The translations under genes were made by a program, and so were the position numbers. Of a stretch of DNA of 64,000 nucleotides, positions 10,758 through 20,673 are shown one piece after another. Position 1 is the stretch's first letter. Each line of letters starts with the position of its first letter. The stretch comes from an uncultured Ignavibacteria bacterium. Its GTDB lineage: Bacteria > Zixibacteria > MSB-5A5 > CAIYYT01. The notes under the pieces were generated by a model. That model worked only from the letters and a program-made list of their open reading frames with translations, made no database searches and was not told where the DNA came from. The DNA lies in NCBI GenBank assembly GCA_964520555.1, contig CAZFNN010000001.1:253858-317857 (forward strand). The letters are read 5' to 3'.

Positions 10758-11390
10758 TTACTCCATTAGGTTGATTGTTCCGCACCGGGTCACCCGCTGC
10801 GATTCGGCTCGGATGATCTGATCGATCAGCGCCACCGTCGCTTCGAGGTCGTCGTTGCAGACAACGTAATCATATTTCGTCCAAACTTTCATTTCCTTTA
10901 GCGCGCGCCCCAGGCGCTTGCGCGCCGACTCTGACGATTCGGTCCGGCGACCCAACAAGCGCCGTTTGAGAACCGCTAAGCTGGGCGGCATCACGAAGAT
11001 CAGGATCGCATCCTGGCGCCAGCGTTTGATCGCCCGGCCGCCAAGGATGTCGATATCGAACAACACGGTACGGCCCTTGGCCATCGCATTCAACACCGCC
11101 TGTTTGGGCGTACCGTACCAGGCATCGAAAAGACGAGCCGTTTCTATAAACTCGCCGCGGCGGAGTTTGTTCCGGAAGGTCGCCGGTGACATAAAGAAGT
11201 AATCGCGACCATGCCGCTCCCCTGCTCGCTTGATACGCGTGGTCGCCGAAACCGACTCAACAAAATTCCGGTTGCGTTGAAGCAGCCACTCCACCAGCGT
11301 CGACTTGCCGACCCCGGACGGGCCCGACAAAACGACGATCAACGGCTTACGCTTGTTCAGCCGGCGCAAATTGCTGGCGCTCACTTCCAT
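10758..11390 (-). CDS. gmk: Guanylate kinase
   Basis: P-loop LIVVLSGPSGVGKST, SVSATTR, 210 aa. Confidence 0.9.
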   Translation of the reverse strand: MEVSASNLRRLNKRKPLIVVLSGPSGVGKSTLVEWLLQRNRNFVESVSATTRIKRAGERHGRDYFFMSPATFRNKLRRGEFIETARLFDAWYGTPKQAVLNAMAKGRTVLFDIDILGGRAIKRWRQDAILIFVMPPSLAVLKRRLLGRRTESSESARKRLGRALKEMKVWTKYDYVVCNDDLEATVALIDQIIRAESQRVTRCGTINLME

Positions 11391-12286
11391 TACTCGATGT
11401 TTTGTACCTGTTCGCGGAGCTTCTCGATCTCTTCGCGGATGCGGATGACTTCGGCGGAAATCTCATACAGCGCCGCCTTGGAGCCGATGGTGTTGGCTTC
11501 CCGATTCATCTCTTGCAGGATGAAATTCAGTCGCTTGCCGGTATCGCCTTCAGCCTTGATTGCCGCCGCAAAGGCGTCGCAGTGACTGCGCAGTCGTACA
11601 CACTCTTCGGTGATGTCGGCTTTGTCGACCAGCAGCGCCAGCTCCATATCCAGTCGCAGACGAGTCTCGTCGGCGCTGCGCATGGTGCTGCTATCGTCAA
11701 GCAACTTCTTCAGCGTCTCCTGGAAGCGCTGGCGAGAGCGACTGACCGTTTGCGGATAGAGCTTTTCGATTTTGTCAATCGCCTTCGAGATCAACTTGAC
11801 CCGCATAATCATATCGTCGCCCAGCGCTTTGCCCTCGCGCTGCCGCATCTTGTTCAGAGATTCGACCGCGTGCCTGACGCCATCAACCAGCTTGGCCACC
11901 TCCTCTTTCGACAGCGCCGCCGCGGCCGCCACGTTAAACAGCTCCGGCAACCCGGTGAAATCGGCGAGACTGATCTCGCCGGCCAACTTGAACTTCTTCT
12001 TGAGGTCGGCGAACATTTTATAATAGAGAGCGGCGTTTTCTTCGTTGAGAACCAAGGTCTGCGGCGAGACGTTGTTGTCCTCCATCGTTACCAGCACTGA
12101 CAGCTTGCCGCGCGACACCATCCCGGTAATCGCCTCGCGCAAGTCGCTCTCATACTCCGCGAAGACACGCGGCAGGCGCAGTGACAATTCGAGGAACCGG
12201 TTATTGACCGAGGTGATCTCGATCGAAACCTTCTTCTTGTTAACGCTGACCGCGGCTTTTCCGTAGCCGGTCATGCTTCTGATCAT
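11390..12286 (-). CDS. YicC family stress-induced protein
   Basis: The true N-terminus MIRSMTGYGKA lies inside the longer track ORF 11390..12544, so the start is trimmed to that ATG. Conserved yicC-gmk-rpoZ neighbourhood. Confidence 0.8.
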   Translation of the reverse strand: MIRSMTGYGKAAVSVNKKKVSIEITSVNNRFLELSLRLPRVFAEYESDLREAITGMVSRGKLSVLVTMEDNNVSPQTLVLNEENAALYYKMFADLKKKFKLAGEISLADFTGLPELFNVAAAAALSKEEVAKLVDGVRHAVESLNKMRQREGKALGDDMIMRVKLISKAIDKIEKLYPQTVSRSRQRFQETLKKLLDDSSTMRSADETRLRLDMELALLVDKADITEECVRLRSHCDAFAAAIKAEGDTGKRLNFILQEMNREANTIGSKAALYEISAEVIRIREEIEKLREQVQNIE

Positions 12287-12352
12287 ACTTGCCCTCGTGC
12301 AGAATTCAAGTTTCGCAAAAAACACCCCAGGATTGCCGGTGTCAACGGAAAA

Positions 12353-13897
12353 GTGTCCTTGTTGACTTTGGTGCCGGCAGAACGTAGCTTCGACAACTGC
12401 ATGATACCCAAGAGCGCCATCATCACCTATTTCCTTGCGCGCGAACTGGATCGGGCCGTCGCGGGCGCGCTTTTGCATAAAGTCGAATACAACAAGAGCG
12501 GCAAGAGTTTTCGATTCCTTTTTGCCTCGGCGCCGAAGCTGCACTTGCTGTTCTCCTTCGCGCCGCCCAGTTTCCTGCCGGTGACCAACTGGCCCGATAG
12601 GTCCGAGACCTTCGCGATTTGGCAGGAGGCGACACCGGCGACCGTGACCGCAGTTCAGGGCGATCGTCGCAATCGCCTCATCACGATCGAGTTATCGCGC
12701 GCGTCTGACGAGGTCGCGCAGCAGAATTTCCGCATTGTCTTCGAACTCTTTGGCGGTCAGAGCAATGCCTTTTTGCTCGATGCGTCCGGTACCATCGTTC
12801 AGGCGTTGCGCGTGATTGACGACAAACGAAAACTGCGACCACGCGCGCTCTACCAGGCGCCGCCGCCGCTGGCTGAGCCACCGCATTCCGGCGAGGTCGT
12901 GGTCTATGAAGACCATCGGCGCAGATACACGCTGCGCTTCGAGGGTGATCGATACGAAGTTCATGACGCCAACAGCAGTCTACCGCTCGCAACGTCGCCG
13001 TTGATCGAACTGTTTCACTCCATCGAGGTATTGGGTGAATCGGAACGGAAGTTTGCCGAAGTCCGGCGAAGCTGGCGCAACCGCATCAATCGCGAGATTG
13101 GTCGGCTGAGACAGTTGATTGGCAAACTCGAAATCGACCTTGCTGGATGCGCTGCCGCCGAGCAGTATAGCCGCTGGGGGGACCTGCTGATGAGCAATCC
13201 GCAAACGACCCCGAGGGACGGAATGGTCACGGCTACCGACTTCTATTCGGGCGCATCGGTCGAAATCGAACTGCTGCCCGGCAAGAGCGTCATAGAGTCG
13301 GCGGCCGGCTACTACAAGACTGCGAAAAAGCTCCAGCGCTCCAAGCCGCTCCTCACCGAGCGCATTTCCGGGGCTCACGCCAAGATCGATGCTTTTGGAG
13401 AGGCAATTGCAGCGATAGACCGAGCCGGTTCGCCGGAGGCACTCAGCGAGCTTGTCAGGGTCCTGGGGCTTTCCACCAAACTGAAGCGGACTGATGATGA
13501 CGCTCCCGAACAATCCAAGTACTACCGCACACTGCGCAGCAGCGACGGGGAAAAAATCTTGATCGGCAAGAACTCCGAAGGCAATGACGAACTTACATTC
13601 AAGGTAGCCCGCAGTTACGATCTCTGGTTTCATGCGCAGCAGGTCCCGGGGTCGCACGTTATCTTGGTTCTACCCGACAAGAATCGCCAGCCTTCACGAC
13701 GCTCGATCGAGGAGGCGGCAGCGGTTGCGGCGTTTTACTCCGAGATGCGCAGGGTCACGCAGGTGCCGGTAATCTATACCGAACGACGTTATGTGCGCAA
13801 AATGCGCAAGGGCGCCCCGGGACAAGTAATCTATCAAAATGTCAAGTCGCTCTTCATCGATCCGGCACTGCCGCCATCCGCCCAGCGCGACGATTGA
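12353..13897 (+). CDS. RqcH/FbpA (NFACT family) ribosome-quality-control / fibronectin-binding-like protein
   Basis: C-terminal NFACT-R/DUF814 signature DLWFHAQQVPGSHVIL. Coiled-coil middle region. 514 aa; the start is possibly the internal Met at about 12401. Confidence 0.7.
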   Translation: MSLLTLVPAERSFDNCMIPKSAIITYFLARELDRAVAGALLHKVEYNKSGKSFRFLFASAPKLHLLFSFAPPSFLPVTNWPDRSETFAIWQEATPATVTAVQGDRRNRLITIELSRASDEVAQQNFRIVFELFGGQSNAFLLDASGTIVQALRVIDDKRKLRPRALYQAPPPLAEPPHSGEVVVYEDHRRRYTLRFEGDRYEVHDANSSLPLATSPLIELFHSIEVLGESERKFAEVRRSWRNRINREIGRLRQLIGKLEIDLAGCAAAEQYSRWGDLLMSNPQTTPRDGMVTATDFYSGASVEIELLPGKSVIESAAGYYKTAKKLQRSKPLLTERISGAHAKIDAFGEAIAAIDRAGSPEALSELVRVLGLSTKLKRTDDDAPEQSKYYRTLRSSDGEKILIGKNSEGNDELTFKVARSYDLWFHAQQVPGSHVILVLPDKNRQPSRRSIEEAAAVAAFYSEMRRVTQVPVIYTERRYVRKMRKGAPGQVIYQNVKSLFIDPALPPSAQRDD

Positions 13898-13928
13898 CAT
13901 TCACTCAGGAAACAGTGATCTTTGAACT

Positions 13929-14273
13929 ATGCGCCCATGGTCGACCGTTGTTCTCGCCGCCATCGCCGTCGCTGCATTCGCGTACTTCCAACTGCGGCCG
14001 CATCCGACTCATCCCCGCGAAATTGACTTCGTGAACTGCTACGTGGAATTGTCCTTGCTGGCCGCGCGCAGCGACACAGTGGGCAGCGTGTTCTACCGTG
14101 AGCGTGACTCGATCCTGACCGCCTTCAGTTTTACCGACTCTTCGCTGCTACAGGTGAAGTCGGAACTGAGTCTTGAACCGGAACGGCTGGTAGTGATCTG
14201 GGACATGATTGAAGCCCGCCTGAAGGAACGCCGCGCTGAACTGGGTCTCAAGCCGCTGGAGACTAAAGAGTAA
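13929..14273 (+). CDS. Hypothetical small protein with N-terminal signal/TM segment
   Basis: ORF with hydrophobic N-terminus (VVLAAIAVAAFAYF); no recognisable domain. Confidence 0.4.
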   Translation: MRPWSTVVLAAIAVAAFAYFQLRPHPTHPREIDFVNCYVELSLLAARSDTVGSVFYRERDSILTAFSFTDSSLLQVKSELSLEPERLVVIWDMIEARLKERRAELGLKPLETKE

Positions 14274-14622
14274 AGGCGTTGGGGCGGTGTTCGATCCGCT
14301 GGTGGCCGTTACGCGCTTCCGTTACGATCACCACGTCAAACCGGAATCCCGCCACTTCACGTCGGAATTGCTGAATAAAGCCCTGCGCCGCGGCGATGAG
14401 CGCCTGCTGTTTGCGCTGGTCGACCTTGTAGACCGCGTCGCCAAACCTATCCGAACGCGAGCCCTTAACCTCGACGAAGATTACGACCTCGTCGCTCAGG
14501 CAAACCAGGTCGATTTCGTTGCGGCCGCTGCGATAGTTCCGCGCGATGATTTCATAGCCTTGCTCTTCGAGAAACTTCGCTGCGCTCGCCTCGAAGCGTG
14601 ATCCGGTAGCCCGCCGGTTCAT
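14263..14622 (-). CDS. YraN family (UPF0102) endonuclease
   Basis: Core EIDLV....VIFVEVK....D (restriction-endonuclease-like). Classic rnhB-yraN adjacency. Confidence 0.8.
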   Translation of the reverse strand: MNRRATGSRFEASAAKFLEEQGYEIIARNYRSGRNEIDLVCLSDEVVIFVEVKGSRSDRFGDAVYKVDQRKQQALIAAAQGFIQQFRREVAGFRFDVVIVTEARNGHQRIEHRPNAFTL

Positions 14623-15264
14623 TTATCTGCCGCCGTCGTCAGACGTACTGAACGCGAGTTCGTACTGGGGGTCAAGCAGGTTGAAGCTCTTGCGGTGGAT
14701 CGGCAACACGCCGAAACGCGCGATGTTGGCGCGATGCTGCGCGGTAGGATAGCCTTTGTGTTGGTCGAACCCATACTCCGGATGCTGACGGTGATATTCA
14801 CGCATAATCCGATCGCGCGTAACCTTCGCGACGATCGACGCACAGGCGATCGCCACGATGCTGCCGTCCCCTTGAACAATCGTCTGCTGCGGAATAAACA
14901 AATCGGGGATCGGTTGGTTGCCGTCAACAAGGACGATCTCCGGCGTGCGTGAAAGCTGTCCAATCGCCTGGCGCATGGCGTGAAAGGTCGCCTGAAGGAT
15001 ATTGATTTCGTCAATCACCTCCGGGTCACAACGACCGACGCCAAAGCTGAGACATTCCCGCATGATTCGTTCAAGGCAAGCTTCGCGCTGAGGTTCCGTG
15101 AGTCGCTTGGAGTCCGCGATCCCCCGCGCATCAAAATCGGCGGGGAGCATCACTGCCGCCGCCACTACCGGTCCGGCCAGTGGCCCCCGGCCGGCTTCGT
15201 CCACGCCGCAGATCCAGCTTGTGCCCTGCTTGCGCAATTCGATTTCCTGTCGCGAACGCCGCAT
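14623..15264 (-). CDS. rnhB: Ribonuclease HII
   Basis: GVDEAGRGPLAGPVVAAAV, ADSKRL, 213 aa. Confidence 0.95.
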   Translation of the reverse strand: MRRSRQEIELRKQGTSWICGVDEAGRGPLAGPVVAAAVMLPADFDARGIADSKRLTEPQREACLERIMRECLSFGVGRCDPEVIDEINILQATFHAMRQAIGQLSRTPEIVLVDGNQPIPDLFIPQQTIVQGDGSIVAIACASIVAKVTRDRIMREYHRQHPEYGFDQHKGYPTAQHRANIARFGVLPIHRKSFNLLDPQYELAFSTSDDGGR

Positions 15265-15330
15265 GCAAAGAATCTTGGCGCTTCAAATCGATCCGGCAAG
15301 CGGAACTTCGGCGCTGCCCGCCGGCGGCAA

Positions 15331-15370
15331 AGGGCAAAAGAAAACGGCGCCCGGTTCGCGACCGGACGCC
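15331..15370 (-). terminator. Intrinsic terminator between rplS and rnhB (minus strand)
   Basis: Minus-strand RNA: GGCGUCCGGUCGCGAACCGGGCGCC (10-bp stem, 1 mismatch) followed by GUUUUCUUUUG. Confidence 0.5.
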
Positions 15371-15395
15371 GTCGTGTTCTTCTCCAGACTGCGGG

Positions 15396-15761
15396 CTATT
15401 CCGTCGCCTGTTCCTCGGTGCGTTTCTCGCCGATGCGAGCCGCCTTGCCGGACCGGCCGCGCAAATAGTTGAGTTTGGCGCGCCGGACGTGGCCGGTGCG
15501 TACCTTCTCGATCTTCGCGATATTCGGCGAATGCAGCGGATAGACTTTTTCGACCGCAATTCCCTGCGTGACCTTGCGCACGGTGAAGCTCGCTCCGGTA
15601 CCGCCGCCGCGGCGGCCGATCACGACGCCCTGGAAAACCTGGACGCGCTCTTTGTCGCCTTCCATGATCTTCTGATGTACCGCCACCGTATCACCCGGCG
15701 AAAAATCAACTTTCTGCTCGCGCAGATATTTCTCCTCGATCTTGCGCACCAACTGATTCAT
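15396..15761 (-). CDS. rplS: 50S ribosomal protein L19
   Basis: [28 protein letters not shown]...; start trimmed to the MNQL Met. Confidence 0.95.
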   Translation of the reverse strand: MNQLVRKIEEKYLREQKVDFSPGDTVAVHQKIMEGDKERVQVFQGVVIGRRGGGTGASFTVRKVTQGIAVEKVYPLHSPNIAKIEKVRTGHVRRAKLNYLRGRSGKAARIGEKRTEEQATE

Positions 15762-15780
15762 TCTATCCTCCAATCAAAAA

Positions 15781-16530
15781 TCAATTTTCGAATTCACGGC
15801 CGGCGACGATGCTTTCCAACATGGTGCGATCCTCGTCGGACAATTGCGCGCGCCGTAACAAGTCGGGGCGATGTTCGACTGTGCGCTTCAGGGCGCACCA
15901 CCGGCGAAATCGCTCCTGGCGGGCATGGTCGCCTTCCACGAGTACGGCCGGCACCCGCTGGCCGAGAAATTCGGCCGGGCGAGTCCACACCGGCGCTCCC
16001 AGAAGCTCGTCGCTGAACGAGTCACTTAAAGCCGACTCAATCTTGTGGATTGAACCGGGGAGCAGCCGGAAGACCGACTCCAAGATAACAAGGGCGGCCG
16101 TTTCGCCGCCGTTGATTATATAATCACCGATCGAGATTTCATCAAGGTCGAAAAATCGAGAAATACGCTCGTCGACACCCTTGTAGCGTCCGCAAACAAC
16201 GATAAGATGGTCGAGGAGCGAGTATTTCACCGCCGTCGCGTGGTCGTATTTTCTGCCCGCGGCGGAGGTTAGCACGATCCGACGGTTTTGGGTTTCGCTT
16301 TCATACAGCGCGGCAGCCAGCGCATCGTACAGCGGTTCAATCTTCATGACCATGCCGCCGCCGCCGCCGAACGGGGTGTCATCCACAGTGTTATGCTTGT
16401 TGGTTGAGTACTTGCGGATATCGATAAGCTCGACTTCGAGCACGCCGGAGTCGATCGCCTTCTTCAACAGCGACTGCTGCAGCGGACTGTCGAAGAACTC
16501 GGGAAAGATCGTGAGAATGGTGATCTTCAT
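15781..16530 (-). CDS. trmD: tRNA (guanine37-N1)-methyltransferase
   Basis: MKITILTIFPEFF, DDTPFGGGGGMVMK, 249 aa. Confidence 0.95.
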   Translation of the reverse strand: MKITILTIFPEFFDSPLQQSLLKKAIDSGVLEVELIDIRKYSTNKHNTVDDTPFGGGGGMVMKIEPLYDALAAALYESETQNRRIVLTSAAGRKYDHATAVKYSLLDHLIVVCGRYKGVDERISRFFDLDEISIGDYIINGGETAALVILESVFRLLPGSIHKIESALSDSFSDELLGAPVWTRPAEFLGQRVPAVLVEGDHARQERFRRWCALKRTVEHRPDLLRRAQLSDEDRTMLESIVAGREFEN

Positions 16531-17024
16531 TACTGCAAATCCAACAGCCCCTCAAGAATCCGAATCGTGACCACGCGCGCTGTTCGGTCGACCTTCAAAA
16601 TGATATTGCCGCTGGCCGGCAGGTTGAACGATCGATGTCCCTCAACTCGCCAGATGTCATTGGCCGGCATTTCGATGATCTCCACAATCTTACCCAGAAC
16701 CTCGCCATCTTCCGATCGAACTTCCATGCCGACGACATCGAACTGAAACAAAGTCCCCTCCGGCAGTTCCACCAACTCGGCGCGCGTGACGGAGAGAAAT
16801 TCGCCGATGTGCGCTTCGGCGTCATTGCGGGTATCGATGGTTTCGAGGGCGATCAGCAGCTGCTGTTTGTGCGCCCGCACCGAGCGGACGGCCAGTCGGC
16901 GCGGTTGCGGTGCTTCGAGGACGACGGATTCCAGGTCGTCAAATCGATCGACAAAGTCCGTCAGCGGGGTTACGACGAGTTCGCCGTTGATGCCGTGGGC
17001 GCGGACAACTTTACCGATCGCAAT
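16530..17024 (-). CDS. rimM: 16S rRNA processing protein RimM (start codon unresolved)
   Basis: The track ORF 16530..16880 (116 aa) covers only the C-terminal PRC-barrel half. The same frame continues upstream without a stop and encodes the RimM N-terminal barrel (IAIGKVVRAHGINGELVVTPLTDFVDRFDDLESVVLEAPQPRRLAVRSV). There is no in-frame ATG/GTG/TTG there; an ATT at about 17022-17024 or an ATA overlapping the KH-gene stop is the only option. Confidence 0.7.
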   Translation of the reverse strand: MAIGKVVRAHGINGELVVTPLTDFVDRFDDLESVVLEAPQPRRLAVRSVRAHKQQLLIALETIDTRNDAEAHIGEFLSVTRAELVELPEGTLFQFDVVGMEVRSEDGEVLGKIVEIIEMPANDIWRVEGHRSFNLPASGNIILKVDRTARVVTIRILEGLLDLQ

Positions 17025-17035
17025 TAGCTCTTGAT

Positions 17036-17266
17036 CTATTCGAGTATCTCCAATACTGCTCGCTTGCCGTGCTTGGCCGAGACGGCCAGCATAATCGTGC
17101 GAATCGCCTTTGCCGTATTCCCCGCCTTGCCGATCACCTTACCCAGATCACCCGGGCCGACGCGGAGTTCGAATACTGTCGTGCGCTCGCCTTCAATCTC
17201 CCGTAATCGAACGGCGTCCGGGTTGTCTACCAGTGCCTTGACGATCGTCTCGACGAAATCCTTCAC
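17036..17266 (-). CDS. KH-domain RNA-binding protein (YlqC/UPF0109 family)
   Basis: 76 aa, [24 protein letters not shown] motif; conserved position between rpsP and rimM. Confidence 0.85.
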   Translation of the reverse strand: MKDFVETIVKALVDNPDAVRLREIEGERTTVFELRVGPGDLGKVIGKAGNTAKAIRTIMLAVSAKHGKRAVLEILE

Positions 17267-17399
17267 GTTCCACCTTCCAGTCTGTGCAGATTACCAGTAT
17301 CTACCTCGTTTGACAATCGCACTCAGTGAATCGACCGGCCTGCGCCAAACTTGGGGGAGTGAAGCGATTCCCTTCACTGCAATAGAATTGACCCGAAAT

Positions 17400-17774
17400 C
17401 TATGCCGAAGCTTCTCCCGCCGCCGGCGCAGCCGAGGCCGCCTTCGCCTTGCGTGTGCGCTTTTTCCTTTCCGTGATCGTTGTCTTGATTTCGACCCCGG
17501 AACCGTCTTTGCCGGCGCGCAGCAATTCCCACTTCTCGTTAATGCCGATCTGCGAGAACAGCGTGTGCACCGTGTCGGACGGTGTCGCGCCTTGCTTTAA
17601 CCACTTGAAAATCTTCTCTTCGTCAACCTTCACCAGCGCCGGCTTGACGATTGGGTTGTAATACCCCATCATGTCGACAAATCGTCCCTCACGGGCGCGG
17701 CGCGAGTCAATGGCAACGATGCGATAAATGGGACGCTTCTTGGCGCCCATACGTCTGAGTCTCAGCTTGACTGC
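17400..17774 (-). CDS. rpsP: 30S ribosomal protein S16
   Basis: (M)[32 protein letters not shown]. Start assigned to the TTG preceded by a GGAGG-N6 spacing rather than the track's upstream TTG. Confidence 0.9.
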   Translation of the reverse strand, partial: AVKLRLRRMGAKKRPIYRIVAIDSRRAREGRFVDMMGYYNPIVKPALVKVDEEKIFKWLKQGATPSDTVHTLFSQIGINEKWELLRAGKDGSGVEIKTTITERKKRTRKAKAASAAPAAGEASA

Positions 17775-17819
17775 CAATTCATTCCTCCAATACAAGATAC
17801 GTAAAGTTAATGTACTTAA

Positions 17820-19136
17820 CTAATTGAAAAAGTTGCCTGGAATCATCCGCTTTAGTTTACCGCCCCGCATTTGTTTCAGCATCTTCTGCATCTGCTGGAA
17901 CTGCTTGATCAGTCGATTGACCTCTTGAATCGAATTCCCCGAGCCGTCAGCGATACGCGCCCGGCGCGAGCCGTTCAGAATTTGCGGTCGATTGCGCTCT
18001 TCCGGCGTCATCGATAGGATGATCGCCTCGACGCGCTTCATCTGTGATTCATCGATATCAACGTTGCGCATAGCACTCGAAACACCGGGGATCATCTTCA
18101 GAATCGACTCCAGCGAGCCCATCTTCTTGAGCTGCTGTAATTGTTGGTAGAAATCATCAAAGGTGAACTGATCCTTGCGCAGCTTCTTTTCGAGCTTCTC
18201 GGCCTCTTTGATGTCGATTGTCTCTTGCGCTTTTTCGACCAGCGATACGATATCGCCCATCCCGAGGATGCGCGAGGCCATCCGCTCCGGGTAGAAGAGT
18301 TCGAGGTCGCTGAGTTTCTCGCCGATCGACACCAGCTTCAGCGGCTTGCCGGTGACGTGGCGGATTGACAGCGCTGCGCCGCCGCGAGCGTCACCGTCCA
18401 ACTTGGTCAGTGCCACACCGGATATATCGAGCGCCTCGTTGAACTGCTGGGCGACGTTGACGGCATCCTGGCCGGTCATCGAGTCGGCCACGAGGATAAT
18501 CTCATCCGGAGTTACCCGCCGCTTGATCTCCTTGAGCTCTTCCATCAATTCCAGATCGATGTGGAGCCGGCCGGCAGTATCGAAAATGACCAGCGTCAGA
18601 TTGTTGGCACGCGCGTATTCCAGCGCTTCTTCGCAGATCTGCGGCGGTTTTTTGTCGACGTGGAATACCGGCACCTCGATCGACTTGCCGAGCACTTGAA
18701 GCTGCTTCACCGCGGCAGGACGATAGACGTCACCGGCCACCAATAGGGGTCGCTGACCTTTCTTCTGATAATGCAGTGCCAGTTTGCCGCAGAGGGTCGT
18801 CTTGCCGGAACCCTGAAGACCGCAGACCACCAGTTTGCCGGGTGTCGCGCGGAACGCGATCGGCGCATTTTCGCCACCAAGGACGGTCACCAACTCGTCA
18901 TGGATGATCTTGACGACCTGCTCGCCCGGGGAAATCGAGCGCAGCGTTTCCTGACCGTAGGCCTTGGCTTCGACAGCGCCGATGAACTCCTTGACAACCT
19001 TGAAGTTGACATCGGCTTCGAGGAGAGCGCGGCGAACTTCCTTGACGGACTCGCGGACGTTATCCTCCGTCAGCTTGCCTTGGCCGCGAAGATTCTTGAA
19101 AACCTTCTCTAATTTTTCCGATAACGAATCAAACAT
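17820..19136 (-). CDS. ffh: Signal recognition particle protein Ffh
   Basis: NG domain GLQGSGKTTLCGKLA, DTAGRL, C-terminal Met-rich M domain; 438 aa. Confidence 0.95.
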   Translation of the reverse strand: MFDSLSEKLEKVFKNLRGQGKLTEDNVRESVKEVRRALLEADVNFKVVKEFIGAVEAKAYGQETLRSISPGEQVVKIIHDELVTVLGGENAPIAFRATPGKLVVCGLQGSGKTTLCGKLALHYQKKGQRPLLVAGDVYRPAAVKQLQVLGKSIEVPVFHVDKKPPQICEEALEYARANNLTLVIFDTAGRLHIDLELMEELKEIKRRVTPDEIILVADSMTGQDAVNVAQQFNEALDISGVALTKLDGDARGGAALSIRHVTGKPLKLVSIGEKLSDLELFYPERMASRILGMGDIVSLVEKAQETIDIKEAEKLEKKLRKDQFTFDDFYQQLQQLKKMGSLESILKMIPGVSSAMRNVDIDESQMKRVEAIILSMTPEERNRPQILNGSRRARIADGSGNSIQEVNRLIKQFQQMQKMLKQMRGGKLKRMIPGNFFN

Positions 19137-19229
19137 ACTATCGTCCAGAGACTTGAGAGTATACGTTCCCTCCTGCCGAATTGCAAGGGGGAATTAGTCC
19201 CTCCCCATCCCGATGGTGCTGTCAGATTT

Positions 19230-19580
19230 CTAATACACTCGGAACCCGATCACGGCAGGACGCCGCCCGGGTTCCAGCAGCGACAAGCTGCCATCAGCCT
19301 TCTCGACCCCAAGAATCAGCACTTCCGACATGAAGCCGGCGATGTTCTTCGGCGCGAAGTTGACCACGGCGATCACCTGCTTGCCGACAAGTTCCTCTGT
19401 GCTGTAAGCCGTCTTTGCCTGAACACTGGACCACTTCTCGCCCAATTCCGGCCCGAAGTTAACACGGACCTTGTAAGACGGATTGCGCGCGCGCTCAAAA
19501 TCGAGCACTTCCAGAATCTCGCCGACGCGCATGTCGACCCGGCGAAAATCGTCATAACTGATCTGCGGTTCACTGGCCAT
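19230..19580 (-). CDS. tRNA-binding protein (CsaA / EMAP-like OB fold)
   Basis: DFRRVDMRVGEILEV....KVRVNFG....GKQVIAVVNFAPKNIAGFMSEVLILG pattern of tRNA-binding domain proteins. Confidence 0.75.
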   Translation of the reverse strand: MASEPQISYDDFRRVDMRVGEILEVLDFERARNPSYKVRVNFGPELGEKWSSVQAKTAYSTEELVGKQVIAVVNFAPKNIAGFMSEVLILGVEKADGSLSLLEPGRRPAVIGFRVY

Positions 19581-19653
19581 ACTCTAACCCTGTCGTTTCG
19601 ATACCGTCTCTGCCCTTCCCGAAAGTCCAGCGCCCGCGCCGGAATTTCGTCCA

Positions 19654-19692
19654 GAAAAAAGCAACCCGCCCGGCACATCCACCGGGCGGGTC
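19654..19692 (-). terminator. Intrinsic terminator downstream of the yqeY-like gene
   Basis: Minus-strand RNA: ACCCGCCCGG-UGGAUGUG-CCGGGCGGGU (9-10 bp GC stem) followed by UGCUUUUUUC. Confidence 0.65.
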
Positions 19693-19716
19693 GCATTGAT
19701 CATTCTCGATCGTCGT

Positions 19717-20163
19717 TTAGCCCGCCAGTTTGGCGGCGATTAGCTCACGCACACGATTGCCGTCGACACGACCCTTGATCTTGGGCATGATCTCCTTCAT
19801 CACCTTACCCATGTCGCCCGGTGCTTTGGCACCAGTGGCGGCGATGGCCGCGGCGATTATCGAATTCACTTCCTCGTCCGAGAGCTGCTGAGGCAGATAA
19901 CGGGTAATGATCTCAAGCTCGTGGCTCTCCTTATCCACCAAATCCTGGCGCCCCCCCGCCCGAAACTGCTCGATCGAATCGCGCCGTTTCTTGGCGGCGG
20001 TTGAAAGCACGGCGACCGCATCCTCATCAGTTGGCGGCCGCTTTAGCTCGATCTCCTTGTACTTGATGTCGGATTTCAGTCCGCGAATAACTTCGGCTTT
20101 AGCCCTGTCCCCCGCCTTGAGTGCTTCCTTCAAATCGTTATTCAGCGTCTCCAGCACGGACAT
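19717..20163 (-). CDS. GatB/YqeY domain protein
   Basis: 148 aa, LKEALKAGD..K..IRGLKSDIKYKEIE, typical rpsU-yqeY pairing. Confidence 0.8.
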   Translation of the reverse strand: MSVLETLNNDLKEALKAGDRAKAEVIRGLKSDIKYKEIELKRPPTDEDAVAVLSTAAKKRRDSIEQFRAGGRQDLVDKESHELEIITRYLPQQLSDEEVNSIIAAAIAATGAKAPGDMGKVMKEIMPKIKGRVDGNRVRELIAAKLAG

Positions 20164-20165
20164 CG

Positions 20166-20357
20166 TCAGTCTTCCCGATTGAACCTGCGCGCTTTGCGCT
20201 TGGCTGCGTTCATCTTGCGCTTGCGACGATCCGACGGCTTCTCAAAATGCTGATGCTTCTTGATGTCCGAAAGAATCCCCGAGCGCTCGCACAGCTTGTT
20301 GAAGCGCCGCAACGCTTTCTCGAATGACTCGTCGTCACGAACTTTGACTCCTGTCAA
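20166..20357 (-). CDS. rpsU: 30S ribosomal protein S21
   Basis: 63 aa, VKVRDDESFEKALRRFNKLCERSGILS, basic C-terminus. Confidence 0.9.
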   Translation of the reverse strand: MTGVKVRDDESFEKALRRFNKLCERSGILSDIKKHQHFEKPSDRRKRKMNAAKRKARRFNRED

Positions 20358-20630
20358 TCCTGGCTCAACCTCCTCTCACGCTGGATAAGGGTTCTGCCCC
20401 AAAATCAATTAAGGCTAAATAAATTAGCTCGCGCTCCCCCCGCTGTCAAGCGATTCCTTGACACCGTGATCCGTTATTCGATACGGCTCCCCAGCGGCGC
20501 TGTTGGCTGATTTTCCCGTCCGCCTTCGACCCAGTCGATTCTTGTCGAATTTCCCCTCGCTGCAAGCTTATTTTTCCGGTGCGCTGACGGCGATTGTCAG
20601 ACTTTTAACGATCGGTAACAGAACTTCTAT

Positions 20631-20642
20631 GTAAGTACTTAC
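20631..20642. promoter_or_regulatory. Perfect 12-bp palindrome GTAAGTACTTAC about 30 bp upstream of the MarR-GNAT gene start (candidate autoregulatory operator)
   Basis: Seen directly; MarR-type regulators bind short palindromes overlapping their own promoters. A second inverted repeat, TGTCAAG-N5-CTTGACA, lies at about 20445-20463. Confidence 0.4.
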
Positions 20643-20673
20643 GTAAATCGAAAATGAGCGGAGGAAGACCATC

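Noticed and set aside
12287-12544. 86-codon N-terminal extension of the yicC ORF
   Set aside because: YicC family proteins start at MIRSMTGYG. The extension overlaps the divergent rqcH-like gene start region and has no homology.
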